Part shown: positions 56,892 through 64,000 of the stretch, piece after piece
Numbering within the stretch: the stretch's first letter is position 1
Layout of the letters: every line of letters starts with the position of its first letter
Source: a virus
IMG/VR virus record: IMGVR_UViG_3300032561_000012
Span: 1-64,000 of that record
Reading direction: 5' to 3' (one strand)
Length of the DNA: 64,000 nt
Notes under the pieces: generated by a model
The model's database searches: none
Seen by the model: the letters and a program-made list of their open reading frames with translations, nothing else
What the model was told of the DNA's origin: nothing
Translations under genes and position numbers: made by a program

Positions 56892-58616
56892 ATGGCCTGG
56901 AAAAAATATTTCAAAACAGCAAACTCAAATTCTGCGGGATTAATGAGTCCAATTGGTAGCGGTGGTAATCTACCAGATCCACGTTATAGCAACTATGCTA
57001 GCCAACTACCAGAAGTTTACATTGGACACCCAAATCGTACAGAACGCTACAATCAATACGAACAAATGGACATGGACAGTGAAGTAAACGCGGCACTAGA
57101 TATCCTTGCTGAGTTCATGACGCAACCTAATATTGAAAACGGCACAGGTTTTGATTTATTCTTTAAAGAAGATCCAACAGACAACGAAGTTAAGATACTT
57201 AAAGACCAATTACAACAATGGGTTAGTTTAAACGATCTTAACAAACGCCTATTCAAACTAGTGCGTAATACTATCAAATACGGTGATCAGGTATTCTTGC
57301 GTGACCCAGAAACATTTAAGTTATTTTGGACAGAAATGTTCAAAGTGACCAAGGTTATTGTTAACGAAGCAGAAGGCAAAAAGCCAGAGCAATATGTTAT
57401 CAAAGACCTAAACATCAATTTTCAAAACCTAACAGCCACAGCATTGAGCAGTAGTGATACCTTTGTTAATCACCCGCAGGTAGGTGGACCAAGTGGTAGT
57501 TATGTACAACCACAAACACCCTACAGTGGCGGCAGTCGTTTTAGTCACGCTAAAAATGAAGCTGTTATTGATGCAGAACACGTAGTACACCTAAGCCTAA
57601 CAGAAGGTTTGGACTTAAACTGGCCATTTGGTAACAGTGTATTAGAAAGTATCTTTAAGATCTTTAAACAAAAAGAACTACTAGAAGATGCTATTATTAT
57701 CTATCGTATACAACGTGCTCCAGAACGCAGAATCTTTAAGATTGACGTAGGTAACATGCCAACACACATGGCTATGGCCTATGTTGATCGTATCAAAAAT
57801 GAAATCCACCAACGTCGTATTCCTACGCAAACAGAAGGTGGACAAAACATGATGGATGCTACCTACAATCCATTATCAACTAACGAAGACTACTTTTTCC
57901 CAACTACAGCAGATGGTCGTGGATCAACAGTAGAAGTATTCCCAGGTGGACAAAACCTTGGTGAAATTACAGACTTGCGTTATTTTACTAACAAGATGTT
58001 CCGTGGTCTACGTATTCCCTCAAGCTACTTGCCAAACGGTATTGACGAAAGTGAACGCACATTCAGTGACGGTAAAACAACCACAGCACTTATTCAAGAA
58101 TGGCGTTTTAACCAATACTGTATGCGCCTACAACGTTTGATTGTTGAAAAACTAGACATGGAATTTAAAATGTTCATGCGCTGGAGAGGTGTAAACATTG
58201 ACAACAGCTTATTTGAACTACGTTTCAATGAACCACAAAACTTTGCCAAATATCGTCAAGCTGAGCTTGATCAAACACGTATTGCTACATTCACGAGCCT
58301 AGAAGGTATTGGGTATTTGAGCAAACGTTTCCTACTAGAACGTTACCTAGATCTAAGCGAAGAAGAAATGACACGCAACGATGAGCTATGGGCTCAGGAA
58401 AACGGTGTAGTAGAAGATACTACTGCTCCTGATGCTGGTCTACGTAGCGTTGGCGTAAGTAATGCAGGTATTCAACAGGATTTAGAAACTCTAACGCCAA
58501 ATCCTGAAGGACAACTGCCGGCTGGCGCAGTGCCAGGAGGCCCAGAAGAAGCAGGTGCTCCAGGTAGCGCACCAGCTGGCGGTGGTGGTGCTCCCGCTGG
58601 TGGATTAGGTTTGTAG
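56892..58616 (+). CDS. Portal protein gp20
   Basis: LEDAIIIYRIQRAPERRIFKIDVGNMP, EDYFFP, PGGQNLGEITD, LRIPSS. Confidence 0.95.
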   Translation: MAWKKYFKTANSNSAGLMSPIGSGGNLPDPRYSNYASQLPEVYIGHPNRTERYNQYEQMDMDSEVNAALDILAEFMTQPNIENGTGFDLFFKEDPTDNEVKILKDQLQQWVSLNDLNKRLFKLVRNTIKYGDQVFLRDPETFKLFWTEMFKVTKVIVNEAEGKKPEQYVIKDLNINFQNLTATALSSSDTFVNHPQVGGPSGSYVQPQTPYSGGSRFSHAKNEAVIDAEHVVHLSLTEGLDLNWPFGNSVLESIFKIFKQKELLEDAIIIYRIQRAPERRIFKIDVGNMPTHMAMAYVDRIKNEIHQRRIPTQTEGGQNMMDATYNPLSTNEDYFFPTTADGRGSTVEVFPGGQNLGEITDLRYFTNKMFRGLRIPSSYLPNGIDESERTFSDGKTTTALIQEWRFNQYCMRLQRLIVEKLDMEFKMFMRWRGVNIDNSLFELRFNEPQNFAKYRQAELDQTRIATFTSLEGIGYLSKRFLLERYLDLSEEEMTRNDELWAQENGVVEDTTAPDAGLRSVGVSNAGIQQDLETLTPNPEGQLPAGAVPGGPEEAGAPGSAPAGGGGAPAGGLGL

Positions 58617-58635
58617 GTTTTTGGTAAATAATAAC

Positions 58636-58860
58636 ATGAACCTACTAGAAGTCTTTGACCAAATGCCGCAGGGCTATCGCAGCGAAAAAGAAGATCATAC
58701 TGAGATAAAACTCAAAGATCTACGTAAAACCAAGCTGACTCTAAAGCAGATTAATCGCCTACGTATTATGAATGATGTACGTAAGTTAGAACACGAACAA
58801 AAGATCACAGGCGTACAAAAACAGTACAAAGCCCCTCCAGCTGAAGCGTCAGTAGCATAG
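58636..58860 (+). CDS. Small head-module protein; start moved to MNLLEVF
   Basis: GTAAATA box 5 nt upstream of ATG 58636; RKTKLTLKQINRLR. Confidence 0.6.
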   Translation: MNLLEVFDQMPQGYRSEKEDHTEIKLKDLRKTKLTLKQINRLRIMNDVRKLEHEQKITGVQKQYKAPPAEASVA

Positions 58861-58992
58861 TTATCCTCCAAAACGATTCAAAAAACTAGCATTTAACCCC
58901 CTTTTCTGTAATAAAAAGTAAATATATTAACATAATACATTTACTCTCAAGTATTAGTCCGGATTTAATATTAATTTTTAAGGAGTTCTTAA

Positions 58993-59931
58993 ATGAGCAA
59001 CAAATACGAACAATTAGTCGAATTCATCATTAACGATGAAACAGACAAAGCTCGTGAACTTTTCCACAAGATCGTTGTAGAAAAATCACGTGATATCTAT
59101 GAAAGTCTAGTTGAAGAAGAAGACCTAGACGAAGTAATGGGTGGCAACGAAGTTGAAGAAATGGTTAACGACGTTCAAATGGACGAAGAAGGCATTTCAG
59201 AAGAAGAAGAAGAGTTTGGTGACGAAGAAGATTCTGAAGAAGACGAAGATGGTGCTTTTGATCACGACGAAGGTCACGAAGAAGCTGGTGAAGCTGAATT
59301 AGAAGATCGCGTGGTTGACCTAGAGTCAGCACTTGACGAACTTAAAGCAGAATTTGATGCACTAATGGCTGATGAACAACATGAACCAGAACATCATGAT
59401 GGTGTTGACGATCCAAATTTTGGCGGCGAAGAAGACATGATGTACGAGTCAGCTGAAGACGACGAAGAAGATGACGAAGAAGACGACGAAGAAGATTTAG
59501 AAGAATCTATCGTTCGTGAATACGTTGAAAACGTTGGTACACCTTACTCAGGTGAATTAGATGGTAAAGAAGGTAAAACAGTTGGTACAGGTAAAAGCTT
59601 CAAATCACCTATCCAAACTAAAGACCCTGTAGCATCTAAGAACGACATGGGTGGTTCAGCTAAGAATATCGCTACTGGTAAAGCTAATGCTAATCCAGAT
59701 GGCAACACACCAGCTAAAGAAGGTGCTGCAAACGCTTACAAGAAAGGCGAAACAAAAATGCCACACAGCGGTCAATTTAAAAACGTACCAGGCAGCAAGA
59801 AAGTTTGGGATGGTGGCGGAGATGGCGGTCACGGTGCTGAAAAGAAAGGCGCTGGTGAAGGTAAACTAGCTGGTAACGACGGTAGTCGCCCAATTGGCAA
59901 AACACCTGTTATCAAAACAACACCACGTTAA
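58993..59931 (+). CDS. Acidic prohead core/internal protein
   Basis: Very E/D-rich; between portal and protease; AAGGAG RBS. Confidence 0.6.
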   Translation: MSNKYEQLVEFIINDETDKARELFHKIVVEKSRDIYESLVEEEDLDEVMGGNEVEEMVNDVQMDEEGISEEEEEFGDEEDSEEDEDGAFDHDEGHEEAGEAELEDRVVDLESALDELKAEFDALMADEQHEPEHHDGVDDPNFGGEEDMMYESAEDDEEDDEEDDEEDLEESIVREYVENVGTPYSGELDGKEGKTVGTGKSFKSPIQTKDPVASKNDMGGSAKNIATGKANANPDGNTPAKEGAANAYKKGETKMPHSGQFKNVPGSKKVWDGGGDGGHGAEKKGAGEGKLAGNDGSRPIGKTPVIKTTPR

Positions 59932-59950
59932 TTATTAGGAAACCATAGCA

Positions 59951-60592
59951 ATGGCATTTTATCTTAAAGAGAACTTAACTTTTGACGCAGCTAGAATGGA
60001 GGTTCTAACAGAATCTTCAGCTGACGGCAAAGGTAAGAATCTTTACATGAAAGGTATTTTCATTCAAGGTGGCGTTAAAAACCACAATGAACGTGTATAC
60101 CCAGTAACTGAGATTGAAAGAGCCGTTAGCACACTAAATGAACAAATCAAGGGTGGCTACAGCGTCTTAGGCGAAGTAGATCACCCTGATGATTTGAAAA
60201 TCAATTTAGATCGCGTGTCACATATGATTACTGATATGTGGATGGATGGTCCTAATGGTTTTGGCAAATTAAAGATTCTTCCTACTCCAATGGGTCAGTT
60301 AGTTCAGACCATGTTGGAATCAGGAGTAAAACTTGGTGTTTCATCTCGTGGTAGCGGCAACGTGAACGAGGGAGACGGCAAAGTAAGTGACTTTGAAATA
60401 GTCACAGTAGATGTAGTTGCGCAACCAAGCGCACCAAATGCATATCCAACAGCTATCTACGAGGGGTTGATGAATATGCGCGGTGGCAGTAAGGTATTCG
60501 AGATGGCAAAAGAAGCCAGCGCAGATCAAAAGGTACAAAAATATTTGAAAGAGCAAGTTACTCGCTTGATCAAAGATTTGAAAATTAAATAG
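59951..60592 (+). CDS. Prohead protease gp21
   Basis: GIFIQG..N.R.YP, LGEVDHP, TPMG, GVSSRGSG, DVVAQPSAP. Confidence 0.95.
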   Translation: MAFYLKENLTFDAARMEVLTESSADGKGKNLYMKGIFIQGGVKNHNERVYPVTEIERAVSTLNEQIKGGYSVLGEVDHPDDLKINLDRVSHMITDMWMDGPNGFGKLKILPTPMGQLVQTMLESGVKLGVSSRGSGNVNEGDGKVSDFEIVTVDVVAQPSAPNAYPTAIYEGLMNMRGGSKVFEMAKEASADQKVQKYLKEQVTRLIKDLKIK

Positions 60593-60601
60593 GAGATCAC
60601 A

Positions 60602-61696
60602 ATGTTAGACGCTATCAAACCATTGTTGGAAAGCGGCATCATTAATGAAGATACTAAGCAAGCTATCAGCGAAGCTTGGGAATCACAAATTAATGAAGCA
60701 CGTGAAGCTGTTCGCTCTGAATTGCGCGAAGAGTTTGCACAACGCTATACACATGACAAACAAGTAATGGTTGAAGCTCTAGACAAAATGGTTACTGAAA
60801 GTCTCGCCGCTGAACTCAAAGAGTTCGCCGAAGAGAAACAAGCTCTTGTTGAAGACCGCGTGAAATTTAAACGTCACATGGTTGAATCAGCAGGTAAGTT
60901 TAATGACTTTATGGTTACTAAACTTGCAGAAGAAATCAAAGAACTACGTGCAGATAAGAAAGTTCAAAACGAAGCAGTAGCTAAGTTAGAACGTTTTGTT
61001 ATTCATGCGCTAGCTGAAGAGATCAAAGAGTTTGACCAAGACAAGCAAGCTGTTGTTGAAACTAAAGTAAAACTAGTAGCAGAAGCTAAACAAAAATTAG
61101 CTAAACTACAAGAAGCTTTTGTTGCTCGCAGTGCTAAACTTGTTAAGGAAGCAGTGGCAAACAATCTAGGCTCAGAACTAGCTCAACTTAAAGAAGATAT
61201 CCAAGCTGCTCGTGAGAACATGTTTGGTCGTCGCTTATTTGAAGCATTTGCTCAAGAATTCGCTGTTACACACTTAAGTGAAAACGCTGAATTCGCAAAA
61301 CTTAAAGCAGAAATTGCAACGAAAGATGCAGTGATCGCTGAAAGCAAAAAAGCACTAGCTGAAAAAGAAGTATTAGTTGAGTCAAAAGAAAAAGAAGTTC
61401 GAGTAATCAAAGAAAGTGTAACTCGCAAGGAAGCACTAAACGGTTTACTCAAAACATTAAACAAAGAGAAAGCTGAAGTAATGAGCAGCCTACTCGAGAA
61501 TGTGCAAACTGATCGTCTTCAGGCTGCATATGAAAAGTATCTACCAGCAGTTCTAAACAACACTCCAGCTGTTAAAGCTGAAAAAGCTGTATTAGCTGAG
61601 AGTCGTGTAGAAGTGACAGGTGATAAATCTGCTAAAACAGACGTAGAAGTTGCTACTAATGTAGTCGACATCAAACGTTTAGCAGGGCTAAAATAG
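60602..61696 (+). CDS. Prohead scaffold protein, gp22-like
   Basis: Long E/K/A coiled coil between gp21 and gp23; ends KRLAGL. Confidence 0.8.
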   Translation: MLDAIKPLLESGIINEDTKQAISEAWESQINEAREAVRSELREEFAQRYTHDKQVMVEALDKMVTESLAAELKEFAEEKQALVEDRVKFKRHMVESAGKFNDFMVTKLAEEIKELRADKKVQNEAVAKLERFVIHALAEEIKEFDQDKQAVVETKVKLVAEAKQKLAKLQEAFVARSAKLVKEAVANNLGSELAQLKEDIQAARENMFGRRLFEAFAQEFAVTHLSENAEFAKLKAEIATKDAVIAESKKALAEKEVLVESKEKEVRVIKESVTRKEALNGLLKTLNKEKAEVMSSLLENVQTDRLQAAYEKYLPAVLNNTPAVKAEKAVLAESRVEVTGDKSAKTDVEVATNVVDIKRLAGLK

Positions 61697-61724
61697 TAGT
61701 AAATTTTAAAAGGAAAATAAAGAA

Positions 61725-62903
61725 ATGACAACCCAACTATTAGAAGGCCGTTGGAACGAGACCAAAGACGCCCTGTTAGAAGGTCTACAAGGTTCAAAAA
61801 GAACCTCAATGGCAATTATTTTGGAAAACACTAAGAAGCACTTGATGGAAACTGCAACTAGTGGTGCTACAGCAGTAGGTAACGTAGCAACATTAAACCG
61901 CGTGATTCTTCCAGTGATTCGTCGTGTAATGCCAACTGTTATCGCTAACGAAATCATCGGTGTTCAACCAATGACTGGCCCTGTAGCGCAAATCCACACT
62001 CTACGTGTGCGTTATGCTGACTCACAAGCTGCTGGTTCAATTGGTGGCGACGCTGCAAGTCCAGGCGATGAAGCATTATCACCATTCAAAATTGCTGTAG
62101 CATACTCAAGCCAAACTTCAACAGGTTTAGCTGCATCTACAAGCTCTTTAGAAGGTACACCAGGTAACAGAATCAACGTTCAAATCTTAAAACAAGTTGT
62201 TGAAGCGAAAACTCGCAAACTATCAGCTCGTTGGACATTTGAAGCTGCGCAAGATGCACAATCTATGCACGGTCTAGACGTTGAAGCTGAAATCATGGCT
62301 GCTCTAGCACAAGAAATCACTGTTGAAATCGACCAAGAGATTTTAAACAGCTTGTTAGCTTTAGCACCAAACACATACAACTACAACCAAGCTACTGTAT
62401 CAGGTACTGCTACATTCGTTGGTGACGAACACGCTGCTCTAGCTGTTCTAATCAATCGTTCAGCAAACTTGATTGCACAACGTACACGTCGTGGTGCTGG
62501 TAACTGGGCAGTTGTAAGTCCAGAAGCTTTAACAGTGTTACAATCTGCAACTACTTCAGCTTTTGCTCGTAGTACAGAAGGTACATTTGAAGCTCCAACA
62601 AACAACAAATTTGTTGGTACATTAAACAATGCTATGAAGATCTATGTAAACAGCTATGCTGCTACTGGTACTTCAGTATTGTTAGGTTATAAAGGTTCTA
62701 GCGAAGCTGATGCAGCTGCGTTTTATTGCCCTTATATTCCTCTAATGAGTTCTGGTGTTGTGTTGGATCCTAGCACATTTGAACCAGTAGTAGGTTTCAT
62801 GACACGTTATGGTTATGCTGAACTTACAAATACTGCTTCATCTCTAGGTAACGCAGCTGACTACTTAGAAACAATCGGTATCTCAAACCTATCATTCCAA
62901 TAA
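61725..62903 (+). CDS. Major capsid protein, gp23-like
   Basis: IIGVQPMTGP, AKTRKLSARWTFEAAQD, EIDQEI, FYCPYIPL, FMTRYG. Confidence 0.96.
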   Translation: MTTQLLEGRWNETKDALLEGLQGSKRTSMAIILENTKKHLMETATSGATAVGNVATLNRVILPVIRRVMPTVIANEIIGVQPMTGPVAQIHTLRVRYADSQAAGSIGGDAASPGDEALSPFKIAVAYSSQTSTGLAASTSSLEGTPGNRINVQILKQVVEAKTRKLSARWTFEAAQDAQSMHGLDVEAEIMAALAQEITVEIDQEILNSLLALAPNTYNYNQATVSGTATFVGDEHAALAVLINRSANLIAQRTRRGAGNWAVVSPEALTVLQSATTSAFARSTEGTFEAPTNNKFVGTLNNAMKIYVNSYAATGTSVLLGYKGSSEADAAAFYCPYIPLMSSGVVLDPSTFEPVVGFMTRYGYAELTNTASSLGNAADYLETIGISNLSFQ

Positions 62904-62928
62904 TATTGGTTTAGTAGTTTTAAGAAAT

Positions 62929-62958
62929 AAAAATAGCACCTTCGGGTGCTATTTTTTT
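62929..62958. terminator. Bidirectional intrinsic terminator after gp23
   Basis: AAAAATAGCACC-TTCG-GGTGCTATTTTTTT. Confidence 0.9.
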
Positions 62959-62960
62959 AT

Positions 62961-63287
62961 CTAAGCATAATACTCAAAACGTTTTGTTATATCATAGCCA
63001 TCTTTGCGTTTAATATTTCTTACAGCTTGTAGCAGTACGTTAGCATCTTTTTGACAAAAGTTGGGATGCCTAAAATTCCACGCACGCTTGCTTTCTGCAC
63101 GTTCTAAACAGTATAACAAATCCATTTTAACATCAAAACTTTTAGTAGTTCTAAGCAATTCATTCATATCTTGTATGTCTAAAAAATATTCTACATAATT
63201 CTTAGTAGCGTTAATAGTATTGTAGTTAGTAGCACCACCTTTAAAAACAGGTTTAACACCTTTGTATTTTGCAGTATACCAAGTCAT
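62961..63287 (-). CDS. Hypothetical protein, opposite orientation to the head module
   Basis: AGGAG RBS; own sigma70 promoter; ends at the shared terminator. Confidence 0.7.
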   Translation of the reverse strand: MTWYTAKYKGVKPVFKGGATNYNTINATKNYVEYFLDIQDMNELLRTTKSFDVKMDLLYCLERAESKRAWNFRHPNFCQKDANVLLQAVRNIKRKDGYDITKRFEYYA

Positions 63288-63314
63288 TATCTGCTCCTAG
63301 TAAAAAGAAATGCT

Positions 63315-63343
63315 AGTATAACATATTTTGGTTAAAAAGTCAA
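63315..63343 (-). promoter_or_regulatory. Strong sigma70-type (early) promoter
   Basis: TTGACT, 17 nt, TATACT with TGn extended -10. Confidence 0.8.
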
Positions 63344-63372
63344 GCATAATTATTGAGTATCAATGGATTACA

Positions 63373-63380
63373 TATAAATA
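63373..63380 (+). promoter_or_regulatory. Late promoter TATAAATA
   Basis: Exact T4 late consensus upstream of ATG 63419. Confidence 0.7.
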
Positions 63381-63418
63381 CAGTTACTATACTATCAAAT
63401 TCCTTAAGGAGAATTCAA

Positions 63419-63823
63419 ATGGCAGATGAACAAGTAGTAGACCCAGTACCAACTCCAGCACAACTAGCGGCTGGTGCAACAGAACCAGTACCAGCTCCAA
63501 CTGTAGCAGAACCAGCGGTAGCACCAACTACTCCTGAAGTTGTGACTCATAGTGAAAGTTTATTGGCTAAAGTAGCTAAAGATTTGGAAAACAGCAAATT
63601 AGTAGTTGCGGCTGAACAGGCAAAACAAAAAGCCCTTTTAGCAGTAGTAGCAGATACTAAAGCTGGCATTGACAAACTACATGCTGACTTAACAGCATTT
63701 ACTTCAACAATTAAAGCTGAAGAACAAAAAGTTGTAAGTTGGACAGAAACACACAAAACTAAAGTGGCTGCGATTGTTATCGCTGTCGCAGTTCTTGCTT
63801 GGTTAGTAGTTACTAAACTATAA
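63419..63823 (+). CDS. Tail-anchored membrane protein; start MADEQVV
   Basis: AAGGAGA RBS; Pro-rich N-terminus, coiled coil, C-terminal TM VAAIVIAVAVLAWLVV. Confidence 0.65.
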   Translation: MADEQVVDPVPTPAQLAAGATEPVPAPTVAEPAVAPTTPEVVTHSESLLAKVAKDLENSKLVVAAEQAKQKALLAVVADTKAGIDKLHADLTAFTSTIKAEEQKVVSWTETHKTKVAAIVIAVAVLAWLVVTKL

Positions 63824-63836
63824 ACTAAAGTGATTC

Positions 63837-63865
63837 AAAAAGCCCCTTATAGGGGCTTTTTCTTT
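63837..63865 (+). terminator. Intrinsic terminator
   Basis: AAAAAGCCCCT-TAT-AGGGGCTTTTTCTTT. Confidence 0.85.
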
Positions 63866-63875
63866 GGCTATTGCG

Positions 63876-63960
63876 ATAAATATACTTGTTCACTCAGACA
63901 AGAGAGTTTATGCAGCCCCACTGCGTAGGCCTAGAACGCCATTTATAAAGGAGAAAACAA
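63876..63960 (+). promoter_or_regulatory. Late promoter (ATAAATA) plus structured 5' leader
   Basis: Three short hairpins and a possible GUUC/GAAC pseudoknot before the AAGGAG RBS. Confidence 0.5.
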
Positions 63961-64000
63961 ATGGGACGTCCAATTAAATTAACACAAAGCAGTTCAATTG
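63961..64000 (+). CDS. 5' end of a late gene (MGRPIKLTQ...), truncated by the window
   Basis: AAGGAGA RBS and ATG. Confidence 0.6.
   Translation, partial: MGRPIKLTQSSSI

Noticed and set aside
2067-63756. The many 60-190 aa ORFs in the track nested in or antisense to long genes
   Set aside because: They overlap well-supported genes and show no recognisable motifs; treated as shadow ORFs
1-64000. Stop-codon reassignment, inteins, tRNAs, CRISPR arrays
   Set aside because: Genes are full length in the standard code with TAA, TAG and TGA all used as stops; no intein, cloverleaf or repeat-spacer pattern was noticed by eye

Overview
A 64-kb piece of a large T4-like (gp23-type capsid, contractile tail) phage genome, read with the standard code. 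The left ~47 kb is minus-strand and late. In transcription order it holds tail tube initiator/baseplate genes (gp48/54-like, gp53-like, hub, gp5, gp25, gp6), a 4336-aa baseplate/adhesion protein, paralogous fibre genes with a Gly-rich adhesin, and then a ~15-kb tightly coupled enzyme cluster: 3 glycosyltransferase-like genes, 6 tandem N-terminal-twitch radical SAM enzymes, 3 SGNH-like proteins, a 33-aa PFIY micropeptide and a NodU/CmcH carbamoyltransferase that runs off the window. The centre (+) carries gp55 sigma, gp47, gp46, a seventh radical SAM, small basic proteins, a fourth SGNH protein and a single-domain GIY-YIG nuclease, followed by a ~445-nt highly structured non-coding region. Next come a gp26-like/gp51-like pair linked by a canonical -1 slippery site, a tape measure gene and the head module (gp20, core proteins, gp21, gp22, gp23). 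Best leads: (1) the late glyco/radical-SAM/carbamoyl cluster as a possible virion-decoration pathway, (2) the GIY-YIG plus structured RNA/origin locus, (3) the gp26/gp51 frameshift, (4) apparently leaderless late mRNAs, (5) a pseudoknotted 5' leader at the right edge. All calls come from motif recognition by eye; no searches or folding programs were run.
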